Assembly: GCF_000400465.1 (NCBI RefSeq)
Contig: NW_008806300.1
Coordinates: 1-32,000 of the forward strand
Reading direction: 5' to 3'
Length of the DNA: 32,000 bases
Source of the DNA: Wallemia ichthyophaga EXF-994
Taxonomy: Eukaryota > Fungi > Basidiomycota
Shown in pieces: positions 10,209 through 20,743 of this stretch; position 1 is the first letter of the stretch, and the number at the start of each line of letters is the position of its first letter. The position numbers and the translations under genes are program-made. The notes below the pieces were generated by a model, which worked only from the letters and a program-made list of their open reading frames with translations, did no database searches and was not told the origin of the DNA.

Positions 10209-11333
10209 TTATTTGTATGAGTTTAAGCTTGGCTCAGCTTGAATACTATCTAATAGCTAGACATGCGAGTCGTACGAGGATAATATATAAATTATTCTAG
10301 TGGCGTGAAGGTGAGTAATGGTATAATTAGGACACCTAGACCCGTCTTAAATGGATGATAAGGGGAATTTTATTTTTATAGGATTCTTTGAAAGGGTTGT
10401 ACTTGGTTTAGGTTCTGTTATATTCTAAGTAGCTAGTTGGTAGGGTAACTGCTTACCAAGGCTATGATTAGTAGTCAGTCTGAAAGGATGTATGGCCACA
10501 GTGGGTAATAAACCCATCATGTTATATTTAGCATGCAGCAGTCGGTAAAATTGGTCAATGCTTGAAAAAGTGAACCAGCTAATTAGATTACGTATAATCA
10601 TCGTATACGTAGTAGGATATATTCATAATGAGAATCTATATCTGAGTAGTCCTTGACAATTCTGGTGCCAGCATCAGCGGTAATACCAGAAGGGCGAGTA
10701 TCAAGCATAATAAATAGGCGTAAAGGGATCGCAGACGGTTTTAATATTTCTTATATTTAGGAAACTTATTGAAACTAGAATCTAATGGGTGTTTTGAGCA
10801 CGTTGGGAGTAGGGGTAAAATCCGTTGAGACTCAAAAGACTACTAAAAGCGAAAGCACAAAACAATTAAAGATTGACGTTGAGGATCGAAAGCATGGGTA
10901 GCAAAAGAGATTAGAGACCTCTGATAGTCCATGCCGTAAACGATGTCTGTTCATATGTAGCAATTTTTCCGCTATATATTTAGTTAGCACATTAAACAGA
11001 CCGCCTGAACAGTACATTCCCAAGAATGAAAATCAAAAGTTTTAACCGCAGGCTAGTACACGGGGTGAAGCATGTTATTTAATTCGATAACCCGCGTATA
11101 ACCTTACTATCTCTTGTATATTTAGATTTTTATCTATTTACAGGTGTTGCATGGTTGTCGTCAGTTCGTGCTTAATAGTGTTTGGTTAAGTCCGCTAACG
11201 AACGCAATCCTTATGTTTAATTTATACATAAACAATGATTAGATTAACATCTAATTTTAAAGGAGTATGACTAATCATCATGACCCTTATGAGATAGGCT
11301 ATAGACGTGCCACAAAATTAATAACAATATCAT
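10209..11333 (+). rRNA. rns: Truncated 5' copy of small-subunit rRNA (1125-bp tandem duplicate)
   Basis: Matches 11334-12458; lacks the 3' domains; true 5' end approximate. Confidence 0.88.
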
Positions 11334-12787
11334 TTATTTGTATGAGTTTAAGCTTGGCTCAGCTTGAATACTATCTAATAGCTAGACATGCGAGTCGTAC
11401 GAGGATAATATATAAATTATTCTAGTGGCGTGAAGGTGAGTAATGGTATAATTAGGACACCTAGACCCGTCTTAAATGGATGATAAGGGGAATTTTATTT
11501 TTATAGGATTCTTTGAAAGGGTTGTACTTGGTTTAGGTTCTGTTATATTCTAAGTAGCTAGTTGGTAGGGTAACTGCTTACCAAGGCTATGATTAGTAGT
11601 CAGTCTGAAAGGATGTATGGCCACAGTGGGTAATAAACCCATCATGTTATATTTAGCATGCAGCAGTCGGTAAAATTGGTCAATGCTTGAAAAAGTGAAC
11701 CAGCTAATTAGATTACGTATAATCATCGTATACGTAGTAGGATATATTCATAATGAGAATCTATATCTGAGTAGTCCTTGACAATTCTGGTGCCAGCATC
11801 AGCGGTAATACCAGAAGGGCGAGTATCAAGCATAATAAATAGGCGTAAAGGGATCGCAGACGGTTTTAATATTTCTTATATTTAGGAAACTTATTGAAAC
11901 TAGAATCTAATGGGTGTTTTGAGCACGTTGGGAGTAGGGGTAAAATCCGTTGAGACTCAAAAGACTACTAAAAGCGAAAGCACAAAACAATTAAAGATTG
12001 ACGTTGAGGATCGAAAGCATGGGTAGCAAAAGAGATTAGAGACCTCTGATAGTCCATGCCGTAAACGATGTCTGTTCATATGTAGCAATTTTTCCGCTAT
12101 ATATTTAGTTAGCACATTAAACAGACCGCCTGAACAGTACATTCCCAAGAATGAAAATCAAAAGTTTTAACCGCAGGCTAGTACACGGGGTGAAGCATGT
12201 TATTTAATTCGATAACCCGCGTATAACCTTACTATCTCTTGTATATTTAGATTTTTATCTATTTACAGGTGTTGCATGGTTGTCGTCAGTTCGTGCTTAA
12301 TAGTGTTTGGTTAAGTCCGCTAACGAACGCAATCCTTATGTTTAATTTATACATAAACAATGATTAGATTAACATCTAATTTTAAAGGAGTATGACTAAT
12401 CATCATGACCCTTATGAGATAGGCTATAGACGTGCCACAAAATTAATAACAATATCATAGCAAATTTATATTTTTTAATAGGAAAAAAGAGCTAATGATC
12501 AAATATTAATGAGTATGAATTATATGCTGCAATTCGCATATATGAAATAGGAATCCCGAGTAATCGTTTATCAGGATCGGAACGGTGAAACGAACTCTAG
12601 CCTGGGCATAAACCGCTCGTCACAAGCGTTAAGATGATTTATAATGAATATAAATAAAAACCTCAAATAATTTAAGATTTTAAAAAAGTCTTATTTTATT
12701 AAGGATAATCAGTTTGTAGAGTTGTGATCATCAAGATGCTTGAAGTCGAAACTGGTCACGGTAGGGGAACCTGCCGTGGTATCATTA
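11334..12787 (+). rRNA. rns: Mitochondrial small-subunit rRNA
   Basis: TTGGCTCAG, GTGCCAGCATCAGCGGTAATAC, GCATGGTTGTCGTCAG, ACCGCTCGTCAC, GAAGTCGAAAC...GGGGAACCTGC; ends approximate. Confidence 0.95.
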
Positions 12788-12907
12788 AAATTAATTAAAC
12801 CCCTTCAATATTATTATTAATTTTTAATTTTATATAAACAAGTCGTTCCTACATTAATTTATTTTATTTCAATATTATAGGTAACAAATAATTTTTTCTA
12901 CTTTATT

Positions 12908-12978
12908 AAGACGGTAGCTGAGTGGTTTAGCGTGCACTTTACACGTGTGATACAAGAGTTCGAATCTCTTTCGTCTTA
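12908..12978 (+). tRNA. trnV: tRNA-Val(UAC)
   Basis: Acceptor AAGACGG/TCGTCTT; anticodon loop TT TAC AC. Confidence 0.93.
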
Positions 12979-13148
12979 TTATTTAACAATGCCCATCATT
13001 ATTATAATGTGATTTTTTACTATTAAATTAGTAATTATTTCAGATTGCTATAAAAGCATTATATGATTGATCCTATTATTAGGGCACTTATATTATTTTT
13101 AAATTTTATTTTTAATTGATTATAAGTGTGATTTGTATTTAAAAGATT

Positions 13149-13472
13149 ATGAATTTTCTTTTAAACTGGTTAGTTCCCGTGTATAATGATGCCCCTGAAC
13201 CATGGAAATTATCTTTCCAAGATGGAGCAAGTCCTACATTTGAAGGAATTACCGAATTACATGATACCATTTTCTTCTACCTAGTTGTTATTGGTGTAGG
13301 AGTTTTCTGGATCATGGGAGTTACAATGATTAACTTCAGTGAATCAAAATCACAAATTGTTTACAAACACTTTAACCACGGTACTCTTATCGAGTTAGTT
13401 TGGACAATTACACCTGCATTTATCTTAATTGCTATCGCATTCCCTAGCTTCAAATTACTATATCTTATGGAT
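13149..13472 (+). CDS. cox2: Cytochrome c oxidase subunit 2 exon 1
   Basis: DAPEPW..FQD, ELVWTITPA, PSFKLLYLMD. Confidence 0.96.
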
Positions 13473-14294
13473 TCTATTACTAGAACGATTTTTAACACTA
13501 TTATGTCTAAATCAATCGTTTTATTTAAATCTACTGTTCAATCATTTTCAATAGCTATTGAAAGAGCTAAACCGATTTTCATTAAAAATATCACTACACC
13601 TTGTACCGCTATTGTACCATATGGTGTTATGGGGAATTCTAATGGAATCAAATTAAGTCAATATGCTAGAGATATTACTGTACTAACTGAAACTATGCGT
13701 GATCAAATTATTGGTCACATCTTGGGAGATGGTTCACTAACTAAATCATATACTTCTAAGAATGCATACTTTGTTTTCACACAGACATCTAAGCGTTTTT
13801 TCTATATTATGCATATTTTTTCAATTTTAGGTCCACTTTGCCTAAAATTACCAACATTAGGTTGTAGTTTACGTAAAGGAATTAGAAGTTACTATCTTCA
13901 AATTCACTCACGTAGTTACCCATTTTTTAGTAATCTGTACAATTTATTTTACTTCGATGGTATTAATCCAAATCCCGTAAAAAGAATTCCTACAGATCTT
14001 CTATTTTACTTAAACCCTAATGTTCTGGCAGTATGGTGCATGGATGATGGAAATTTCTCTCCAAGCGGTTTCTATCTTCACACTAATAATTTTAGTTTTA
14101 ATGATGTATATAAATTAGCTGCTATGCTTCACTATGTTTTTGAATTAACTGTGAATGTTCAAAGATTTGATGGAAAACCTGTTCTTTATGTTCCAGCTAA
14201 GCAATTACCTAAATTTTATGCTTTAGTTAAGCCTTATATTTTGCCTGAGTTTGCCTACAAGTTTAGACACCAAGTATTGACACAGTATGATTAA
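13473..14294 (+). CDS. Intact LAGLIDADG endonuclease (I-SceI-like type) in frame with cox2 exon 1
   Basis: IIGHILGDGSL and LAVWCMDDG motifs, uninterrupted. Confidence 0.9.
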   Translation, partial: SITRTIFNTIMSKSIVLFKSTVQSFSIAIERAKPIFIKNITTPCTAIVPYGVMGNSNGIKLSQYARDITVLTETMRDQIIGHILGDGSLTKSYTSKNAYFVFTQTSKRFFYIMHIFSILGPLCLKLPTLGCSLRKGIRSYYLQIHSRSYPFFSNLYNLFYFDGINPNPVKRIPTDLLFYLNPNVLAVWCMDDGNFSPSGFYLHTNNFSFNDVYKLAAMLHYVFELTVNVQRFDGKPVLYVPAKQLPKFYALVKPYILPEFAYKFRHQVLTQYD

Positions 14295-14556
14295 TACCGA
14301 GTCCCACTTTTATATTAAATTTATAATACCCCTTCCTATTTTTACAGTATTACAAATTTATAAAGTGAAACACATTTTACGAAGCTAAGATCGTTTTTAA
14401 GTTATTTAGTACTAGTATAATAGTGATAACCTAAATAATTACGTATCAGCTGTATTAAAAATATTTTCAGAGACTATAGCATATTGAATATTTTATTAAT
14501 ATTAAAATATAGTCCTTTTTTCAATATTTTAACTCTAAAAGTTTTGAAAATATTAG
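13473..14556 (+). mobile_element. cox2 intron 1, group I (after cox2 nt 324)
   Basis: Splicing GAT to GAG GTA ATT restores MDEVISP; core TTCAGAGACTA and AATATAGTCC after the ORF. Confidence 0.92.
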
Positions 14557-14838
14557 GAGGTAATTTCACCATCTATGACAATCAAGGTTAACGGTGCTCA
14601 GTGGTACTGGTCTTACGAGTACTCTGATTACTTGAATGAAGAAGGAGAATCCCTGGAATTCGATAGTTACATGGTACCTGAATCTGATTTAGAATTAGGT
14701 CAATTAAGACTACTTGATGTTGACGCACCAGTTGTAGTACCTGTTGATACTCATATCAGATTTATTGTTACAGCTAATGACGTTATCCATGACTTTGCTG
14801 TTCCATCTCTAGGATTAAAAATCGATGCAACACCCGGT
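14557..14838 (+). CDS. cox2: Cytochrome c oxidase subunit 2 exon 2
   Basis: [35 protein letters not shown]. Confidence 0.96.
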
Positions 14839-15012
14839 TAATAAACGGCCGGTTAAAAATTTACTAAAATGCTAATACGTTACTAATAATATGATTATTA
14901 CTTTAAAAAAGTAAAAATATAATCATTTATCTAATTAGCAAATATTTTTTATATTTCAGAGGCTATTTTAAGAAATAGTCCATTTAAATTATCAAATAAT
15001 TTATAAAATTTG
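14839..15012 (+). mobile_element. cox2 intron 2, 174-nt ORF-less group I intron
   Basis: P1 GCCGG pairs exon CCGGT; P10 TAAACG pairs CGTTTA; P7 GGCTA/TAGTC; ATGCTAAT/ATTAGCA pairing; terminal G. Confidence 0.92.
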
Positions 15013-15165
15013 CGTTTAAATCAAACTTCGGTATTAATCCAGAGAGAAGGTACTTACTATGGACAATGTAGTGAAATTTGTGGAGCTTACCACGCATTTA
15101 TGCCTATCCAAATTCAGGCGGTATCACTAGATAAGTATTTAAGCTGGTTAGATAGCCAATTCTAG
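15013..15165 (+). CDS. cox2: Cytochrome c oxidase subunit 2 exon 3
   Basis: RLNQ...[18 protein letters not shown] CuA motif, ends TAG; spliced CDS 759 nt. Confidence 0.96.
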   Translation, partial: RLNQTSVLIQREGTYYGQCSEICGAYHAFMPIQIQAVSLDKYLSWLDSQF

Positions 15166-15389
15166 ATTTACCTATTATTAAAATTATTAAACCCCTTCCA
15201 AAATAGGAATATATACACAATTATATTCTTAGTTGATTTTATCAAATTGAAAACACTTTACAGTGTGTACCTTATAGTCTAATTTAACTTTTATATTATA
15301 TATAATTATAGTTAATCTTAGACGTTTTTACTAAAATATATAATAAATTTATATATTTTATGTAGTTTATATTAAGTTATTTTTATAAA

Positions 15390-16376
15390 ATGTTTACATT
15401 ATTAAACCTTGTTGAAATTCTTATTGTATTAGTTCCTGTTCTTCTAGCTGTTGCTTTTATGACTATTTTAGAAAGAAAAGTTATGGGTAGCATGCAAAGA
15501 AGAGTTGGTCCAAATAGAGTAGGATACTATGGTGTTCTACAGCCGTTCGCCGATGCCCTTAAATTAGTAGTTAAAGAAAATGTTATTCCATCACACTCAG
15601 CTAAAACATTATTCTTCCTTGCTCCTATTATTGTTTTATTAACTAGTTTATTAGGATGGGGAGTTATGCCTTTTGGTACCGGATTAGTTATTGGAGATTA
15701 TCCATTAGGATTATACTTTACATTAGCAATTGGTGCTTTAGGTATTTATGGTGTATTATTAGCTGGATGGAGTGCTAACTCTAAATATGCATTCATTGGA
15801 TCATTAAGATCTACAGCTCAGTTAATTAGTTACGAATTAGTATTCAGTTCATGTTTACTAGCAGTATTATTCTTATGTGGTACATTAAATTACACTAGAA
15901 TGATCGAAACACAACAAGCTGTATGGTTTATTTTCCCATTATTACCATTATTTGTTATGTACTTTATTTCAGTATTAGCAGAAACTAACAGAACACCTTT
16001 TGATCTTGTAGAAGCCGAATCTGAACTTGTTAGTGGATTTATGACAGAACACGGATCTCTTGTATTCGTATTCTTCTTCCTAGGAGAATACTCATCTATT
16101 GTAGGTATGTCAGCGCTAACAGCATATATGTTCTTAGGAGGATATAATATGCCCGAATTATTTGTAAATGATACTATGATCAATATTCAAGGATTTATTC
16201 TTGGACTTAAAACATGTATTTCTTGTATTCTATTCGTATGGTTCAGAGCATCTCTACCTAGATTAAGATATGACCAATTAATGGTATTCTGTTGGTGTAA
16301 TATGTTACCATTAGCTATTGCTATTATCATGTTAATTCCAAGTATCTTATTAGCATTCGATATTATGCCATACTAA
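15390..16376 (+). CDS. nad1: NADH dehydrogenase subunit 1
   Basis: ERKVMGSMQRRVGPN, QPFADALKL, AETNRTPFDLVEAESELVSGF, PRLRYDQLM. Confidence 0.98.
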   Translation: MFTLLNLVEILIVLVPVLLAVAFMTILERKVMGSMQRRVGPNRVGYYGVLQPFADALKLVVKENVIPSHSAKTLFFLAPIIVLLTSLLGWGVMPFGTGLVIGDYPLGLYFTLAIGALGIYGVLLAGWSANSKYAFIGSLRSTAQLISYELVFSSCLLAVLFLCGTLNYTRMIETQQAVWFIFPLLPLFVMYFISVLAETNRTPFDLVEAESELVSGFMTEHGSLVFVFFFLGEYSSIVGMSALTAYMFLGGYNMPELFVNDTMINIQGFILGLKTCISCILFVWFRASLPRLRYDQLMVFCWCNMLPLAIAIIMLIPSILLAFDIMPY

Positions 16377-16492
16377 TAACTAAATTAACCCTTTTATATA
16401 AATTTAATACCCCTTCAGAATCATAATAACTATAATAACCATAATAAAGGTATTATAAAATTTTATTTTTTATATAATTAGTTATAGGTAAT

Positions 16493-16576
16493 GCGAGTAT
16501 GCTGTAATTGGTAGCCAGGTGATCGTTAAGTGATCAAGGTAATAATACCGTGCCGGTTCGAGTCCGGCTGCTCGTA
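16493..16576 (+). tRNA. trnL: tRNA-Leu(UAA)
   Basis: Acceptor GCGAGTA/TGCTCGT; anticodon arm TGATC-GT TAA GT-GATCA; long variable arm. Confidence 0.9.
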
Positions 16577-16767
16577 ATAAAATATTAGTAAACTCACATT
16601 ATTTTATAATTAAATAATAATAATATGTATAGACGACTTAATTTAAATAATAACATGTATAAATAACTAAACTACAATATACATAATTTATATGGTGATA
16701 TTTATATTTAATATTAATAATTAAATATATTTTTTGTTATAGATTATAATATTTAATATTTATGATA

Positions 16768-16839
16768 TGATCCGGAAAGGAATTGAACCTAATACCTTAC
16801 AGTTATCGGCTGTACGTTCTACCATTAAACTACCAGATC
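16768..16839 (-). tRNA. trnI: tRNA-Ile(GAU)
   Basis: Acceptor GATCTGG/CCGGATC; anticodon arm TACAG-CC GAT AA-CTGTA. Confidence 0.88.
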
Positions 16840-16962
16840 TTATATAATTACGATAATCGAAAAATTTAGCAAATAATCAATAATTTACCTTTAGAAAAAA
16901 TAAAAAATAAAAATTAAAGGTAAAAGTTAAAGTTTGAATTTTATAATAATTTATTAATAAAT

Positions 16963-17730
16963 ATGCACAACTTATTTATGATCAACTCTCCATTAGAGCA
17001 ATTCGGTGTTGTCAGTCTATTGGAGTTTAGACTACCATTTAATGGTACAGTTTTAAGTTTAACTAACTTAGGACTATATTCTATCATCATTGTTGTTTTA
17101 ATCTTAGGTGGACATTTTCTATCTACTAACAACAAAGGTCTAGTAAGTAGCCCATGGTCTCTTACATTTGAAAGCCTATATACTACTCTACAATCAATGG
17201 TTAAAGACCAAATTGGATCAAGATACGAATCATACTTACCTTTTGTATACGGATTATTTATTTTCATCCTAGTTGCTAACGTTAATGGTAACATCCCTTA
17301 CGGATTTACTATTACTACATCTGCTATTGTTTCATTAGGATTCAGTTGTATGATTTTCTCATCTGTTACTATTCTTGGATTATTCAGACATGGTATCCAC
17401 TTCTTCAGTTACTTTGTTCCTGCTGGTACACCATTAGCATTAGTACCATTACTAGTATTAATCGAATTAATTTCATACTTTGCTAGAGCTGTATCATTAG
17501 GAGTACGTCTATTTGCTAACATGGTAGCTGGACATATTTTACTAAAAATTCTAGCATCATTCTTATTTGGACTATTTAACTCATCATTATTAGTAGCTAC
17601 ATTAACTCTAATCCCATTTGCATTATTTGTTGCATTAATTGGACTAGAATTAGCAGTAAGTGTTATCCAAGCATACGTATTCACTATTTTAACTTGTTCT
17701 TACATTAAAGATGCTCTAGATCTTCACTAG
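16963..17730 (+). CDS. atp6: ATP synthase subunit a
   Basis: SPLEQF, RAVSLGVRLFANMVAGH, ELAVSVIQAYVF. Confidence 0.98.
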   Translation: MHNLFMINSPLEQFGVVSLLEFRLPFNGTVLSLTNLGLYSIIIVVLILGGHFLSTNNKGLVSSPWSLTFESLYTTLQSMVKDQIGSRYESYLPFVYGLFIFILVANVNGNIPYGFTITTSAIVSLGFSCMIFSSVTILGLFRHGIHFFSYFVPAGTPLALVPLLVLIELISYFARAVSLGVRLFANMVAGHILLKILASFLFGLFNSSLLVATLTLIPFALFVALIGLELAVSVIQAYVFTILTCSYIKDALDLH

Positions 17731-17882
17731 TTAAATAATAGTAATATTATACTAATATATAATAACCCTTTTATAATTAATTAAACCCCTTTTTATATAA
17801 TATATAATTATTAGATAATTAAAGGTAATCTGGTTATTTAATTTTTTTAAGTTATTTTATTTAACACTTATATTCTACCAAG

Positions 17883-17953
17883 GCATGTGTCGTATAATGG
17901 CAATATAGTGGTCTTCCATATCATTGACGTGGGTTCGATTCCCACCACATGTA
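17883..17953 (+). tRNA. trnG: tRNA-Gly(UCC)
   Basis: Acceptor GCATGTG/CACATGT; loop CT TCC AT. Confidence 0.92.
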
Positions 17954-18029
17954 TTTTTTGTAATATAAATTAATTCTATTATTATTTTAAAAAATTTAAT
18001 TAATTATTTTACATTGTGACTTTTTAGTA

Positions 18030-19221
18030 ATGCTATTATTAGCTTTAATTATTTTAGTTGTTGTTTTAGCAACAAGTTCCTCAGAAAACAGATCTACTGT
18101 TTCATTTGTTTACAATCCGGTTAAATTAATTGTATTATCATTAATTTTATCAATTGTATTAATTATTTCCGCTATTTCATCTTGCCCATTAGATTTAACA
18201 GTTTCTCTCTTTAGTGGACTATATCAAACATCATATGTAACATTAGCATTTGATTTACTATTATTTGTTAGTTCAGCATTAGTTTTAACATCATGGCCTC
18301 AATTTAAATCGAATAAATACTTATCTCATTTTAATAATTTTAAAATGAACGATTATAGTCTTATTGTTTTATTTTCTATTATTGGTGGATCATTCTTATT
18401 AGCTTCTAATGATTTAATTAGTTTATACTTAGCTCTTGAATTACAATCATTTGGTGTTTATGTTCTTACTACATTATATAGAGACTCAGAATCTGCTACT
18501 TCTGGTGGTATGAAATACTTCTTTTTAGGAGCTCTTTCTTCAGCCTTAATTTTATTAGGGTCAGCTATTTTATATACTTATTTAGGATTAACACAATTCG
18601 AATCTATTTATATTTTAGCAAGTGTTCCTACTAATACTATCGATCAAATTGGACTAAATTTTGGTTTATTACTTATTCTTATTGGATTATTATTTAAAGT
18701 TGCAGCTGCACCATTCCATTCATATGCTCCAGATGTATATGACGGAGCACCAACTCAAGTAACAATTTGGTTAACAACTATTCCAAAACTAAGTTTATTT
18801 GGTTTATTATTAGTTCTACAACCATTAGGTACATTATTAAGTAGTTCAGTAGAATTATTTAATTTAGTTCCATGGACAGATTTATTATTATTATCTACAT
18901 TATTATCATTTATTGTCGGAAGTGTTATTGGTTTAGGTCAATATAGAATTAAAAGATTACTTGCTTATAGTACTATTGGACATGTCGGATTTATTTTATT
19001 AGGTCTAGCAAGTCATAGTACACAATCATTAGAATCAACATTCTTTTACTTAGGTCAATATACATTCACTACTATTAATGTATTCCTTATCTTAATTGCA
19101 TTTGGTATTGCTATTAATGGTAAAAAATCTAATACTAATTATGATATTCAATTTATTAAAGATTTAACAGGACAATTCCTACATAACCCAGCATTAAGTT
19201 TAAGTTTAAGTTTATGTTTAT
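18030..19221 (+). pseudogene. nad2: 3'-truncated nad2 copy 1, cut by the fold-back junction
   Basis: Matches the first 397 codons of 25117-26637. Confidence 0.92.
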
Positions 19222-20444
19222 CCTAAAAGTGGAGGTACTCCTGCCATAGAGAATAAACATAAACTTAAACTTAAACTTAATGCTGGGTTATGTAGGAATT
19301 GTCCTGTTAAATCTTTAATAAATTGAATATCATAATTAGTATTAGATTTTTTACCATTAATAGCAATACCAAATGCAATTAAGATAAGGAATACATTAAT
19401 AGTAGTGAATGTATATTGACCTAAGTAAAAGAATGTTGATTCTAATGATTGTGTACTATGACTTGCTAGACCTAATAAAATAAATCCGACATGTCCAATA
19501 GTACTATAAGCAAGTAATCTTTTAATTCTATATTGACCTAAACCAATAACACTTCCGACAATAAATGATAATAATGTAGATAATAATAATAAATCTGTCC
19601 ATGGAACTAAATTAAATAATTCTACTGAACTACTTAATAATGTACCTAATGGTTGTAGAACTAATAATAAACCAAATAAACTTAGTTTTGGAATAGTTGT
19701 TAACCAAATTGTTACTTGAGTTGGTGCTCCGTCATATACATCTGGAGCATATGAATGGAATGGTGCAGCTGCAACTTTAAATAATAATCCAATAAGAATA
19801 AGTAATAAACCAAAATTTAGTCCAATTTGATCGATAGTATTAGCAGGAACACTTGCTAAAATATAAATAGATTCGAATTGTGTTAATCCTAAATAAGTAT
19901 ATAAAATAGCTGACCCTAATAAAATTAAGGCTGAAGAAAGAGCTCCTAAAAAGAAGTATTTCATACCACCAGAAGTAGCAGATTCTGAGTCTCTATATAA
20001 TGTAGTAAGAACATAAACACCAAATGATTGTAATTCAAGAGCTAAGTATAAACTAATTAAATCATTAGAAGCTAATAAGAATGATCCACCAATAATAGAA
20101 AATAAAACAATAAGACTATAATCGTTCATTTTAAAATTATTAAAATGAGATAAGTATTTATTCGATTTAAATTGAGGCCATGATGTTAAAACTAATGCTG
20201 AACTAACAAATAATAGTAAAGCAAATGCTAATGTTACATATGATGTTTGATATAGTCCACTAAAGAGAGAAACTGTTAAATCTAATGGGCAAGATGAAAT
20301 AGCGGAAATAATTAATACAATTGATAAAATTAATGATAATACAATTAATTTAACCGGATTGTAAACAAATGAAACAGTAGATCTGTTTTCTGAGGAACTT
20401 GTTGCTAAAACAACAACTAAAATAATTAAAGCTAATAATAGCAT
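19220..20444 (-). pseudogene. nad2: Inverted 3'-truncated nad2 copy
   Basis: Reverse complement of nad2 through GVPPLLG; carries D75A and T201A relative to the plus-strand copies. Confidence 0.92.
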
Positions 20445-20520
20445 TACTAAAAAGTCACAATGTAAAATAATTAATTAAATTTTTTAAAATAATAATAGAA
20501 TTAATTTATATTACAAAAAA

Positions 20521-20591
20521 TACATGTGGTGGGAATCGAACCCACGTCAATGATATGGAAGACCACTATATTGCCATTATACGACACATGC
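20521..20591 (-). tRNA. trnG: tRNA-Gly(UCC), inverted copy
   Basis: Reverse complement of 17883-17953. Confidence 0.9.
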
Positions 20592-20743
20592 CTTGGTAGA
20601 ATATAAGTGTTAAATAAAATAACTTAAAAAAATTAAATAACCAGATTACCTTTAATTATCTAATAATTATATATTATATAAAAAGGGGTTTAATTAATTA
20701 TAAAAGGGTTATTATATATTAGTATAATATTACTATTATTTAA

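Noticed and set aside
10832-12148. Two 63-aa minus-strand ORFs
   Set aside because: Antisense to rns and duplicated only because rns is duplicated
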